This document shows positions 26,975 to 39,230 of a stretch of DNA of 64,000 bases, one piece after another. The notes beneath the pieces are model-generated. The model was given only the letters and a program-made list of their open reading frames with translations. It searched no databases and had not been told where the DNA came from. The DNA is from Takakia lepidozioides. Lineage: Eukaryota; Plantae; Bryophyta. Position 1 is the first letter of the stretch; each line of letters begins with the position of its first letter. The translations under genes were made by a program, and so were the position numbers. The DNA is taken from the NCBI GenBank assembly GCA_030704615.1, contig CM060734.1, positions 40,300,001-40,364,000 on the forward strand, read 5' to 3'.

Positions 26975-27540
26975 CATTTATCCAAACGGTAGAGAGGAGT
27001 AGTTCCGACAATTTTTGATACATTTCAATGATCAACGTACCTTTTACATGACAGATACAAAAAATTAGTATTGAATTGTGCATATTGTGTCTGCCTCGCC
27101 GATTCTCAACACAATGTGATCTACTTTCCCATCGTCAAACATTTTCAAGAGCCCACGAAGTGAAGCATAAAGCCTATGGTATAGCGATTGATGAGGAGGT
27201 GTTGTGGTCTACATTATGGGAGAACCTCATAACTAGATTGCCACCGGAACGTCCCACCATGATGACGATTGTAGTTGGGGCCACTGATAGTGAGTCCGAA
27301 GAGAGCTTTGGGAACCGGGGTGCTTCGACTGAAGAAATCAGGTCACAATTGCCGTCGAATGTGTTACAAGCCTCTACGTCCGGGTCGGACCAACCGCGAT
27401 GCACAATTTGTTTGGGACGTTGTAGACGGGCAGTCTATTATATCACTGCCAATTTGCCTGCATAACTACGATGAGCATTGCATTACGAAATGGTTGAAGA
27501 AAAGGCCAAATGCCCACTTCGCCTGAACAAACTTAGAATG
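26975..27540 (+). pseudogene. RING-H2 pseudogene, unit 2, + copy
   Basis: ORFs 27076 and 27275: ...RCTICLG / VVDGQSIISLPICLHNYDEHCITKWLKKRP; frameshifted. Confidence 0.7.
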
Positions 27541-28304
27541 GACAATAGATGATTATTGCAGTATTGGAATGGTCTTAGAAGAGCATGAGCGACGGGAAGT
27601 CCACGTACGACGGGGATGACCGATGGCTGCTGGGCAACGACGACCGTATGACCATCGCCTAAGTTTTAATTATTTTCGAAAAACAAATCTGGACTCAGGC
27701 ATCCGTTGGACGATCCCTAGTGACGGTGACCGAAACAATTGGTCGACCAAGTTTGTCCAAGCAAAATGGGCATTTTCCTTTTTTTTTCAACCATTTCGTA
27801 TTGCAACGCTCATGGCAGATTGGCAGTGATATAATAGACTGCCCATCTACAATGTCCTCCAAACAAATTGTGCATTGCAGCTAATCAGACCTGGACATAG
27901 AAGCTTGGAACACACTCGACGGCAATCGTGACCTGATTTATTCAGTCGAAGCACCCCGGTTCCCAAAGCTCTATTCAAACTCGCTATCACTAGCCCCAAC
28001 TACAGTCGCCGGCACGGTGGGACGTTCCAGTGGCATTCTACTTCTAAGGTTCTCCCTTGATGTAGACCACAACACCTCCTCAGTCACTATATCATAGGCT
28101 TTATGCTCCACTTCGTGGGCTCTTGAAAATGTTTGATAATGGGAAAGTAAAAATACCTTATGTTGAGAACTGGCGAGGCGGGCTCAATAAACACGATTCA
28201 CCCCTGAAATTTTTGTATCAGTCATATAAGACATGTTGTTGAAATATATCAAAAAATGTCGGAACGTCTCCTCTCTATCGTCTGGATCTTTGTCAATATT
28301 CTCT

Positions 28305-29607
28305 TGTACGAAAACGAAAGATCTACATTTCTATAGTCAATAGAAGACGATATATAGTATAATAAGAGAATCGTATTATTACATTTTTGTGTCTTTTTAT
28401 ACATGCTAGAAGTCTACTCACATACTTTGAATATTCTAGGCTCATAGTAGAGTTGAGAAACTCCTACTATTCTTTAGAATGATGTTTCTTTAAAACAACT
28501 AAATGTATGGTGTAGTGGTGACACAATTAGCAGCTTGATTCCTTTCATCCGCCAATTTCTTCTGACACTCTCGAGCCCAATGACCTAGTTTCTTATAGTA
28601 ATTACAAATCCCAGATCTTTTAGGATTTCTTGAGTTTGTAAGGAAATCCATTTTATGATTATTATTGGAGCTAGATGTATCTTCATCAGTGTTTTTTCTC
28701 ATTAGCTCTTCTTGTAATAGATGTGTAATTAATATTTGTAGTGTCATATTAGGCATGCAATGCAAAGAAACAACAAGTCCTTGATAGCTTTTGGGTAGAC
28801 TGTGCATTAGTGCCACTGTATTGTCCTCATCAGTAACTGTTGATCCAGCACCTGCAAGTTGTCCAAGTAAAGTCTTAAAACTGATAATATGATCAGATAT
28901 ATTACCATCTTTACTCATTTTCAATGTTGTTAGCCTATCTTTAAGATACATCTTAGTTATGGCATCTTTTGACTCATATAGTCGAGTCAACTCTGCCCAA
29001 GCTTCTGTGGCAGTATTACAATTACTAATGTGTAATACTTGTGAATTTTTCAAACATACAGTTAGCATATTTAATGCATCCATATTTCTTTGATCCCAAT
29101 CTATTTTACTGCCTGTTCCCATGGCTGAGAGAGGAGCTTGACTAGATGAGGATGATGAGGCAATTGGAGTTATTGGACGTATTTCATTACCATCGACAAT
29201 TCTCCAAACCTTTTCCTTTTTTAGCAACAGAGATATTCTATGCTTCCAGACGTGAAAGTTAGACCCATCAAACTTTTCTATACTTGCACTAAAGGTTGAT
29301 GTAGTCATGTCTTTCTCTTTCTAACTACCAAGGCTCTATACCATGTACGAAAACGAGAGATCTACATTTCTACAGTCAATAGAAGACGATACAGAGTATA
29401 ATAAGAGAGATCATATTATTACATTTTTGTGTTTTTTTATACGTGCTAGAAAGTTGTGTCTCTTGACACCACAACCAATCATATTTTAGTAGTCACACCT
29501 ATTCCCTATAGTTGGGACCTTTTACTGTTGAGTTATGACTCTTGAAATATCCTTTCATATATTAGATGAATGTCCACTTGATGAATGTTGAGTTTGAATA
29601 CTCAATA
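28305..29607 (-). mobile_element. Non-autonomous gag-only Ty1/copia-type LTR element
   Basis: 5-bp TSD tctct (28300-28304 and 29608-29612). The ~105 bp repeat tgtacgaaaacg... occurs at 28305 and 29344. PBS tggtatagagcc (tRNA-iMet-like) on the minus strand at 29332-29343. Gag ORF present, no pol. Confidence 0.85.
28499..29308 (-). CDS. gag: Copia-type Gag (269 aa)
   Basis: IEKFDGSNFHVWK.R...L....W, TATEAWAEL..LYE, LKM....ISDHI..F, LMHSLPKSY and a degenerate zinc knuckle CNYYKKLGHWAREC. Confidence 0.85.
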   Translation of the reverse strand: MTTSTFSASIEKFDGSNFHVWKHRISLLLKKEKVWRIVDGNEIRPITPIASSSSSSQAPLSAMGTGSKIDWDQRNMDALNMLTVCLKNSQVLHISNCNTATEAWAELTRLYESKDAITKMYLKDRLTTLKMSKDGNISDHIISFKTLLGQLAGAGSTVTDEDNTVALMHSLPKSYQGLVVSLHCMPNMTLQILITHLLQEELMRKNTDEDTSSSNNNHKMDFLTNSRNPKRSGICNYYKKLGHWARECQKKLADERNQAANCVTTTPYI

Positions 29608-32600
29608 TCTCTAACCATTTTTGTGTATCATCTCTATGTTTCTTGTCGGCCATAAAGAGAAAGGAGAAAAAAAAAATGATCAATGAAATAAGAGAAATGA
29701 GCAAAAGATTAATGAAACGAAAAATCATTTGTGCCTCTCATTCTTTGACCATATTTGTATCTTGTTTTTTAAGTCTTCTATACACTCCTCTACAAAGGTC
29801 TGAACAGGTGTGTCCCATGCGAAGTGATACATGAGACAAGTCGTATGCAATCACGCACAAATGTGAAGGGTTACTACGAAAATGTGAATGGCTTTCTTTT
29901 TCGCTACAACATGGTTTGAGCTTGAACAAAATATTGAACTCTGATCAATATTGATAGTTGTCATAGAGGGTATGTGTGCCCTTTTCTTTGGTATAGAAAT
30001 GTGTCGTCGTCTTAGTTAGACTTTTGGATAGTGATTTATGGGGACATGAAAATATTATGTGTATGGATAAAACATTGGATAACCATTTCATGGTCGCGGG
30101 GTCGTCCCCATGTACCCACAAATTGAGTAACGGATAACATACCATTTGCTCGATGTACACACCTAGTCACCCCGAGGACACTGACCCCATCTTCCTAGGT
30201 TTTGCCACCACCTTACCATGGCCTTGACATGATTTGACACAACCCAGTCATCTAGTTCAGCTCCTCACTCTATGGTTTTTCTTTATAAAGACCGATACTG
30301 AGCTATAAACAAAAAAGTCTTGGGTCAATTAGTCACTTGTGGGTACTTGAGAGCTTTGGAGTCATTGAGGAAGGTTTGGGCAATCACATTGTCTGGTTAC
30401 AGTTGTTAGATGGTGTCTATTTTTCAAATGGAAGGCAATAGTCATATGCGGTGAAATGACACCATAAGGTAGTCTTGCTTCAGGATGAATATTCCTCTCT
30501 ATCTCTAAATGCTGGTATGTACAAGGCCACCCTCGGACCACACCACCCCACATTGGATGCCCTCGATATGTATAGCATGGCCGGGATGCCATCCCGGCCA
30601 TGCATCTGTAAATGACATGTGATGAAGTACTCATATTTGCACATACGGCCTTGAAAATTATCTTGAACTTCATCTCAAACTTGGCCTACTTGGCCTACTT
30701 GGCCTACTGGATTCCACTTAGACCATTTATGAGATTGCATCTTCCAAAAAAATTCTACATTTCTTTTTATAATGTCCGGGTTTTATTTTTGCAGTAATTA
30801 CAAATTCCCTTTCTCTTCTTTTTTATCTAGGAGGCATGTTTCTTTTGTAGATGAAGGATAAAAATATTGAAGGAATATGAAAGGAAAGGATGTAAAATAT
30901 TGAAATAATGATATTCATCTTTGTATGTGAGGGGTTTATATATTTGTAGCTTATTGGTACCTTTTCGAAAGGTACAGATATGAACGATGCTGCAAAACCA
31001 AACAAACATATATTTCTTTTTCATCAAACAGAAATAGTATACCTTCACAATTGAAACTCTAGATCTTCTTGATTCATAGAATTTTTCATTGCCGAGATTA
31101 TGGTCGTTAGAAGGTGTCTACCTATAGAATCTTAGAGATCCATTTGTCAAGTTATTTTACCACTAGTGTAAAACTAGCTTTTACATATTGACATTTGGGA
31201 TTGGCCTAAGTGTCAATCCAGGGGTCGAGGCAGATTAGGCCCTGGAGTGGTTATCTTCACGGCAAGCGCAGGAGGCTCATCTTTCTCGAGTTGAGCCTCA
31301 CCGCGCCTAGCTATGGCGCCGTAGTGTGGATTCCCCATGGCGTGGGGTGCACTTGGCTTGACTTGTATTTGAGTGATGAGGTTATATATGCATGAGTTTA
31401 TGCTTCAGGTTTGTGAGCTCGCATGAGCTTGTGCTTGTATTCTTCCTCCTTATTACTCGAGAAAGATGAGCTCGTATCTGTGAATGCCAGATACGAGTTA
31501 GTTGTAGCACTTGTGGTTTTTGCTTGAGAATGAGAGAAACCAGGTTGTTATGCAGGGAGCACCGTTGAGCTCTTAGTTGTTAGAAGCGGAGGCGATGTGG
31601 GTTACGAGGTGGTAGACCTTGGCATTCGATCTTCAGCTTCAGAGATGAAAGCACCATGCTGCAGGTAATTCCAGAGCACCTTGATGGTTTCAGATTGTGT
31701 ACATGCATGAGCAAACACGATTGGGAAGAGGACCAGTCAAGAGCAGGTTATAGTGGCTTTGGTGGCAAATCTGAGAACTAGCCTTGGGAATGCGAGCTTT
31801 CATTGTGTGACGATTGCAAGACCAAGCGAAAGGGCTGATTTGGCTTGGGGCAAATCAGTGCACTTTGTGGAGTATGTTGAGATTGGGTTTCAATCTCGAG
31901 CTTCAGCATTGAGAGGGCTGGAACATGAGCTAAGAGGTGCGGCAAGACAATGGAATGTGCACCTAGGGTTTTAGAGCTTGGAAGAAGAGCTCTTGCACCA
32001 CAAGAAGAGTGTCTTGTGGCTGGAAATGTAAGCCTTAGGGTTTCAGGAGCTTGGCAAAGGTTGTGGAGTGCTTAGTCTTGTCTTAGAGAGCATCAATGAG
32101 CCAAGGAGCCAAGATAGGGGTTGATACCTCTTGTGTGAAGAGGTTGCATGTGTGGAGCATGTATTCAGCTCATTGAAGCTTCCATCTTCAAGCTTGGAGG
32201 GCAAGCAAGGAAGAGGAAAGGGCTGACTTCCCTTATGTGAGGGCAATGCATGTGTGGAGCATGTTTTCAGCCTGTTGAAGGCTTGTATTTTCAGGTTGGT
32301 GGGTGCAAGAAAGGAAGCAAAGGGGCTGATTCTCTTGTGGTGAGAGTGGGGCATGTGTGGAGCATGCCTTCAGTCCATTGGGCTTTTGTTTTCAAGCTTT
32401 AGAGAACTAGAAGAGAAGGTAAGGGGCTGATCTGCTCTTATGTGACAGTCCGATACTTGTAAAACGTGTTCTTAGTTGGGGTTTTAACCTCAAGCCTAGA
32501 TAGAGCATGGCTCTTGAAGTGGCAGATGTAGGGGGCTGGAATAGGCTCTAAAACAGATGCTATGGCCAAGGAAAACGCTTGAATGAGTGCTCACAAGGGC

Positions 32601-32864
32601 TGGAAACCAGCAAGGCTTGGTTGTTTGCCATTGAGTTTAGTGGCGTGTTTGGGGAGTCTAATTGAGAAAGAAGACTTGGTTTGTGGCAACCATCTTCCTC
32701 ATGGCTTAGGGCTACTATTGGTGGTGTGTGGGAGCTGAAAGAGCAAGAATACCTTGCTGATTTCTTCACAACCGCCATAGCTCGGTGCAAAGAAGCCTAG
32801 AGTCCAAGAGACACAAACCCTAGCTTGGCGTGGCTAAACCCCTTGGAGAAATGGCTAAACTGCC

Positions 32865-33365
32865 ATGAGTGGCCATGGATGGGGCTGTGACAGGCTGTGC
32901 CCTGTGGCCTGTGGGGCTGTGACAGGCTGTGCCCTATGGCCTGTGGGGCTGTGACGGGCTGTGAGGGGCTGTGCCCTGTGCCCTGTGACCCCTGTGACCT
33001 GTGACAGGCTGTGGCTGTGACCCCTGTGACCTGTGTAGGGCTGTGACAAGCTGTGATGGGCTGTGCCCTGTGGCCTGTGGGGCTGTGACCCCTATGACCT
33101 GTGATGGGCTGTGATGGGCTGTGATGGGCTGTGACGGGCTGTGACGGGCTATGACAGGCTGTGGCCTTTGGGGCTGTGACCCCTCTAACCTGTGTAGGGC
33201 TATGAGGGGCTGTGACAGGCTGTGGCCTTTGGGGCTGTGACCCCTGTGACCTGTGTAGGGCTGTGACAGGCTGTGACCTTTGGGGCTGTGACCCCTGTGA
33301 CCTGTGTAGGGCTATGAGGGGCTGTGACAGGCTGTGGCCCGTGTGGGGCTGTGATGGCTGTGACC
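32865..33365. repeat. Low-complexity minisatellite (ggctgtgac / cctgtgac variants) in the 5' region of the gypsy insert
   Basis: Dozens of 9-10 bp gggctgtga(c/t) units, with higher-order ~50 bp repeats. Confidence 0.85.
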
Positions 33366-33769
33366 AGTGATGTGTGTGGGCCTATGCTGGTATGTGGTGG
33401 CCCGTGTTGATCTGTGGACGGCCTGTGCTGACTCGTGGAGGCACTGGTGGATTGCCTAAGGACTGGCATGTCTTGAAGGCCGAATTTTGAAGCTCGTGGA
33501 GGGCGGTTTGAGGAGTATCTTCATGATATTTCCATGGTCATGCAAGTGAGGGAAGAGAGAAGAAAAAGAGTGTTGGGATGAGGGCATGCTGGGGTTAGGC
33601 ATTGCTTTAGCTTCTCTTCCTCGTAGTTTTCTACCCTCTCATTAGGCCAAGATATTTCCGTAGGTGGAGACAAGAGTCAGTCCGGGTTTGGGCTGGGGTA
33701 TCCTTGCAGGAGCAACACCGGTTGTTTTGGTATGGGGGAGTTGTCGTTCTGATTTCTTGTGTTTGGATG

Positions 33770-33930
33770 CTGCCATTGCAAGCTCATTCTTTTGGATCCA
33801 TCTCTCCTCCTTCAGGTTATCCTCTGAAGGCTTTTTAGCCACTACTGACCATAGGCTCTTTGAAGAGAGCAGGAGCTGCATCGTGTAGATCCAACTCTTA
33901 TAGTTGTTGCCATCCAGTGGCTCAACTGTC
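33770..33930 (-). pseudogene. Copia Gag N-terminal fragment embedded antisense in the gypsy 5' region
   Basis: VEPLDGNNYKSWIYTMQLLLSSKSLWSVV...W.QKNELAMA matches the L.G.NY..W...M...L....LW..V copia Gag signature. Confidence 0.65.
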
Positions 33931-35327
33931 CAACCGGTCATCCACCTGCACCTGCATGCTTGACTGTGTGCCATGTTAGCTTACATTTCCAGCCACAAGA
34001 CACTTCTTTTGTGGTACAAGAGCTCTTCTTCCAAGCTCTGAAACCCTAGGTGCACATTTCATGGCCTTGCCGCATTGTGTGGGCGCTTGTTTTTATAGGT
34101 GATTGGTCCAGATTTGATCACCGGCCAGTCCTACAGCATGCTGTCGATGGTGAGGCTGGGGTGATGACCAGTCAGACCATCATTGTTTCTCATGTGGTGA
34201 GGTTGGAGGTGATGACCAGCCAACCATAGGAGTGCTTGCGGTGGATGCAGGTGCAGGTGTAGGCTGTGTTAGGAACCTAGTATTCCAAACCATAAGCCGC
34301 AACAGGTTCTCTACCCAGTTACCTTGTGGAGAGGGGGTTAGGGACATGTTCATGACCGGTTGAGTGACAGTTTGTCAACACGGAGGTGCCACTAGTTGCT
34401 GGGGACAGTGCCGGTTCAAGCACTAGCGATACTAGTGGGTACACGAGACGAGGTGTGCGGTTTAGGCCACCTTCATCTCTTGTGTCTTCTACGGAAGGTT
34501 CTGATTCGGATTGTGAATCAGGAGGACTCACACCGGCGGTGCAAGTTGTTTCCTTGCCATTGTTGTGGGACACAATGGAGGAGATCTATGGAGCTACCAA
34601 GGGGCCACGAAGGTACTTGGAGAAGTGCTCCACCAAGGCATGGCCAACCGGCTTCAGCAGCTAGAGCAGAGGCTCGCTGCCATGGCTACAGCTCAGGTGG
34701 TACCGGCTCCAAGGCCGGATGGTCCACCTTCTGCTCCTGAGGGAGGAGATATGGGAGGCATGGGATTCATGTGCGGAGCAGCACTACCACTAGTGCAGGT
34801 GGAGTCTGCTGCAGCCGTGACTCAAGGAGCAGCACGAGTTCCTGAGCCACGAGGTGCAGAGGTGGAGTTGGATCGTGGGGAGGCAAGCCGTCAAGCTAGG
34901 CTCCCTCAATCATTCACATTGGCAGAGACAGTGTTGACGCCATCCATAGCACCTAGTTCTCGCCCGACTGTTACCGAGGCGGAGGTTACTATGCCATTGG
35001 GGAGAGCTACACGGGTAGCACCACTACCTAGTGTTGCCAAGGCTACGGTAGCTAGTGTGCTGCTGGGAGCGGCCACATCTGTGTGTCAGGCTCCATTGTT
35101 CTCGGCTACCATGATTGCAACGCTGGGGTAAGACCAGCCGAGGTGTTCAGGATGGCAGCTACACTCTGTGAGAGTGGGGAGGTTACTTCATCTTCTGCGG
35201 AGATAGTGGGAGGTGTAGTGCCAAAGGGATCCTCAGATTTGAGGGTCAAGACTGCCACGGCGGCGCCATGGCAAGCTGCAGCTGCCAGGTTGATGGAGCT
35301 GCCAGCTAGCCCAGCATTGAACGCGCC

Positions 35328-35867
35328 ATGGTGACACCTGGAGTTGTCATGTTAAACAACCAGGATGACATTTTCTGTTTGAGTGGACCGGCAGGCAAGA
35401 GGTACCGGCCACTGCGGGTCTTGTTGGACTCGGGAGCTCAGCCATTGATGCTGGGCAGAGCTGCTATTGCAGGCTTGGGCCTCACGGAGGCGGATATGGA
35501 GCCTTGTCCTTTCCAGATACAGACGTCTCTGGGAGGATCGGAGCAGGCTCGGGGCATGACACGGCATGAGTTGGCTATCAGACTACGGCCGGATCACCCT
35601 ACAGATGGCTCAGTGTTGCAAGCCAAGGCCATTGTGACAGACGCGGTCTCGTTCAATGTCCTGGTTGGTGGGGCAGTGTTGTACCCCATGGGCTTCACCC
35701 TGGATTTTTGGGAGGAGTCAGCTTCCTATAGGCCTGGATGGCAGTCAGGGGAGGGCCGGCGTGTGCAGCTCCCTATGACATTCATAGGAGGAGTTGCGGT
35801 TGCCCAGCGGGGCAAGATGCCGATACTAGCAGCATTCACAACGGCAGTGAGTTGGCCTGGAGAGTAG
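35328..35867 (+). pseudogene. Retroviral-type aspartic protease domain of gypsy pol
   Basis: RVLLDSGAQPLMLG (D-S-G active site) ... FNVLVGGAVL. Confidence 0.8.
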
Positions 35868-36089
35868 CCTGAAGGCAACGCTCATTCAGAGGATGTGCCA
35901 CCTCCAGGAGAGCAGGAAGACATGTATGGTATGGTGGAGTTGCCTGCCATGGTTGCTCAGACTCCATTGTGGGGCACGAGCAAGGATTTGCAGCGAGTTG
36001 CTAATCGATAGGTGCAACAAGCTTGGGTGGAGGCTTTTATACCATTAGGAGAGTAGGAGAATGCGGGGATTGCACCAGGACCACCTTAG

Positions 36090-37075
36090 TTGTCTCCATT
36101 GGACACCACACCTATTGTGTGGCAGTATCCGGATGAAGGCATTTGTCTTCTGGACTTGTTTGGCGGGATCAGCACCGGATTGGCTGCTGTGTTACAGGCA
36201 GGTTTACGAGTTCGGCGTTACATGTATGTGGAGAGAGATGAGACTGCACGACACATTTCACTTCGCCATGTTGCTCAGTTGGTGCAGCAGTACCCTGAGT
36301 TGTTGCCGATGTCTGCAGTTCGTGGATATCAGCAGGCTTTGCCTGGAGACATTTTGTTGCTGGGGGCGCAGGATTTGAAGCGGGTTGGCTCCATTGATCC
36401 GGTAGTGGCAGGTTGGCCCTGCCAAGGGCATTCATCAGCCAAGCATGGCAATGGATTGCAAGACTCAAGGTCGGGTCTGTTTTGGGAGATGGTGCGGGTT
36501 TTGTGCCACTTGCAGCTTCATCAAGCTGTATCTCCAGCATACATCTTGGAGAATGTGCCACTGATGGACAATTCTTGGGCCAGGGTGATGGCCAGTGTGC
36601 ATCAAGTCCGGTCGTGGCTTGGGTCAGCAGTGTTGATAGATGCAGCTACAGTGGGGACACGGGCTCATCGTCCACGGCTATGGTGGACTAACTTGATGCC
36701 ACCCGAACTACTCAAGCGTGCATTTGATGGGGTGCAGTGGCCAGCATACCTCACAGTGGATAGCATTTTGGACACAGGGAGGTTGTCTCAGCGTGTGAGA
36801 CATGATGACCGTTCGCCTTTGGCAGTGGTCAACAAGGTGGGTCAACCACGAGCAGCATTACCTACACTACTCAGCTTCCCAGGATCGCATGCTTTCCGGG
36901 ATAGTGGACCTGGCCTCTAGTGGGATGCTTAGTTGTAGCAGTTAGTGGAGCCTAATGCTGACAAGCGTGAGCGGGCAATGGGTTTTACCACTAGTACCAC
37001 GACGGTGCCGTCTCTTTCTGAGGCATTACGTCGTCGGGTGTTGGGGCAAGCAATGGATTTCAATTGCTTGACCTG
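36090..37075 (+). pseudogene. C5 cytosine DNA methyltransferase domain, in frame within gypsy pol
   Basis: Motif I LDLFGGIS, II YVERDE, IV VAGWPCQG (catalytic PC), VI ILENV, VIII RAHRPRLWWTNL, IX ERAMGF and X RRRVLGQAM. Same reading frame as the protease (35328) and RT (37548). Internal TAG stops at 36918, 36930 and 36936. Confidence 0.9.
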
Positions 37076-37449
37076 GATTATCAGCTTGGCTATGGCTGAG
37101 CAACGCAGAGTGCGGAGTACACTTCCCTCGATGGTCTCTCTGCCTACCGAGACGGTACAGGCAGTGAGTGGGGGCGAGCATGAGAGGACCACGGGGTGCA
37201 GGCATCCATGGCACACGTGGGAGGTGCTCGAGGTTCAAAGGGAGTTGACAACCAGGGCGGCGGTGATGGATGAGGTTGGGGATTTTTCTTGGGTTGAGGA
37301 AGTCCTCGAGGATGAGATGATGGGGCAGGATGAGGCCTTGTCATTGACTAAGCAGGCAGGGAATACTGCTCAAGAGGTTGCAACATAGCAACCACTGGAC
37401 GCGTCCTCTACCTCTAAGCCCACTGGACTTAAGGTTGCAGTTACGGAGG

Positions 37450-38912
37450 ACAATTGGGAGCCTGACATTGGACCCATTGTCACCGGAGGAGAGAGACGAC
37501 GTATACGGCGGTTCCTGAGGGCTTACAGGAATTGCTTTGCCTTCAACTTGAAGGACTTGGGAGCACTGAAGGGTCAAGAGATTCGTATTGAGTTGGCCAA
37601 TGACACGCCAATCTTTCGGAGACCCTATAGATATAGTGACATGGAGAGGTCTTTGATTCAGATGAGGACTCAAGATCTCTGGGAGGCTGGTTTGGTGGAG
37701 CTCTCTGGTGGAGAGTATGCTTTAGCCACAGTGATGCTAGCCAAGAAGGATGTCTATGGCAATTGGACGGAGAAACGTATGTGCGGTGATTACCGGCCTG
37801 TAAATCGTCAGACCAAATCCGATAAGTATGCCATGCCAACACCAGAGGAGATCTTTGATGTCATTGGGCATGCTAAGGTCTTTAGCACTTTGGATTTACG
37901 ATCCGGATATCACCAGTTGTCAATCAAGGAGGCGGACAAGCAGAAGACGACATTCTGGGGGATCAATGAGCATGGCAAGGATTGCCTATATCAGTGGCGG
38001 TTCTTACCATTTGGGCTTAAGAATGCTCCTGCAGAGTTTCAGAGAGTCATGGATAGGATTCTAGCAGGGGTGGACTTTGCTCGGTGCTACATAGATGACA
38101 TCATCATCTTTAGTGCTATGGTGGAGGAGCATGAGAGACACCTTCAGGTGGTATTGGAGCGCTTGAGAGCGCACGGATTGAAGTTGCATCCGGGGAAGTG
38201 CAAGTTTTTCCACAACCAGATTGAGTATCTGGGTCACATGATATATCCTGGAGGATTGGGGGTACAATAGACTAAGGTAGAGGCCATTGCACAAATTCCA
38301 CGCCCCACGGATGTGAGCCGAGTTCGAGCTTTCATGGGGTTGGCAAACTATTATAGACGGTTTGTCAAGGGATTTAGTGCCATTGCAAAGGCTCTAACCA
38401 AGCTGACCAAGGTGGACCAGGAGTGGCAGTGGAAAGATGAGCAGGAACAAGCTTTTCAAGAGCTCGAGGCGAGGTTGACCTCGGCGCCTATCCTGAGACG
38501 ACCTATCAGGGGGCGTCGCTTTCAGCTGCATACGGATTGGAGCATGCTGGGGCTTGGAGCGGTGCTCACACAGGTGGATGATGAGGGAAGAGAGTTCGTA
38601 GTGGCTTATGCTAGCCGCTCGAACAACGCTGCAGAGGCTAAATACAGCTCATATGAGGGAGAGTGCTTAGCTGCAGTGTGGGCCGTGGCACACTTCAGGT
38701 GCTATCTATACGACAATCTCTTCACCATTGTCACGGATCACCAGCCACTCAAGTGGTTGATGGAGTCAGACAAGCTTACGGGGAAGCTTGCACGGTGGGC
38801 ACTCATACTCCAGGAGTATGACTTTCAGATTGTGCATCGACCGGGTTTGGTCAATCGGGATGCGGATGGATTGAGTCGCAATCCATGCACGAGCCAGCAG
38901 AATGACACTTGA
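37450..38912 (+). pseudogene. pol: Reverse transcriptase and RNase H of gypsy pol
   Basis: RMCGDYRPVN, FSTLDLRSGYHQ, LPFGLKNAPAEFQR, YIDDIII, KC.F....IEYLGH; FMGLANYYRRFV, LHTDWS..GLGAVL, VAYASR, YSSYEGECLA, TDHQPL, RWAL.LQEYDF, NRDADGLSR. Confidence 0.95.
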
Positions 38913-39230
38913 GCTCGGCGGCATGGTGAGACGGACGAGGAGATGGTGTCGGGATGGCATGCATCTGTCTTTTTGTGTATCTTGGCATCGGGAGGTCAGG
39001 TTGGACCTACAACAGGGATGACTGTAGACGGAGTGTCTGAGGACCCTGAGGCTAGTGATGAGCCAGGTGGTACCCGAGATATACATGAGGATTTGGCTGT
39101 GTTGGACTACCTCTGTATTGGAGACACGGCAGCCACTGTGACTGCCAAGGAGAGGGATCGGATCCTGCAACGAGCCAAGAGGTTCAAGTGGGAGGGGATA
39201 CACATGCTTTGAGTATGGGAGGATGGTTGG

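Larger units (their letters stand above)
27720..29653 (-). pseudogene. RING-H2 pseudogene, unit 2, - copy, interrupted by the Copia insertion
   Basis: Homologous to 21071-21699 and split at 28304/29608. Confidence 0.65.

Noticed and set aside
32855-33469. ORFs 32855-33049 and 33200-33469
   Set aside because: They are translations of the minisatellite.
34267-34318. tgtt...aaca followed by ggttctctacccag as a mini-LTR plus half-tRNA PBS
   Set aside because: The implied anticodon loop is not canonical and there is no second copy at the 3' end; too weak to call.
36090-37075. DNMT as bacterial contamination or a restriction-modification gene
   Set aside because: It is in frame with the retroelement protease and RT, inside a TSD-bounded insert in intron-containing plant DNA, and has no partner endonuclease.
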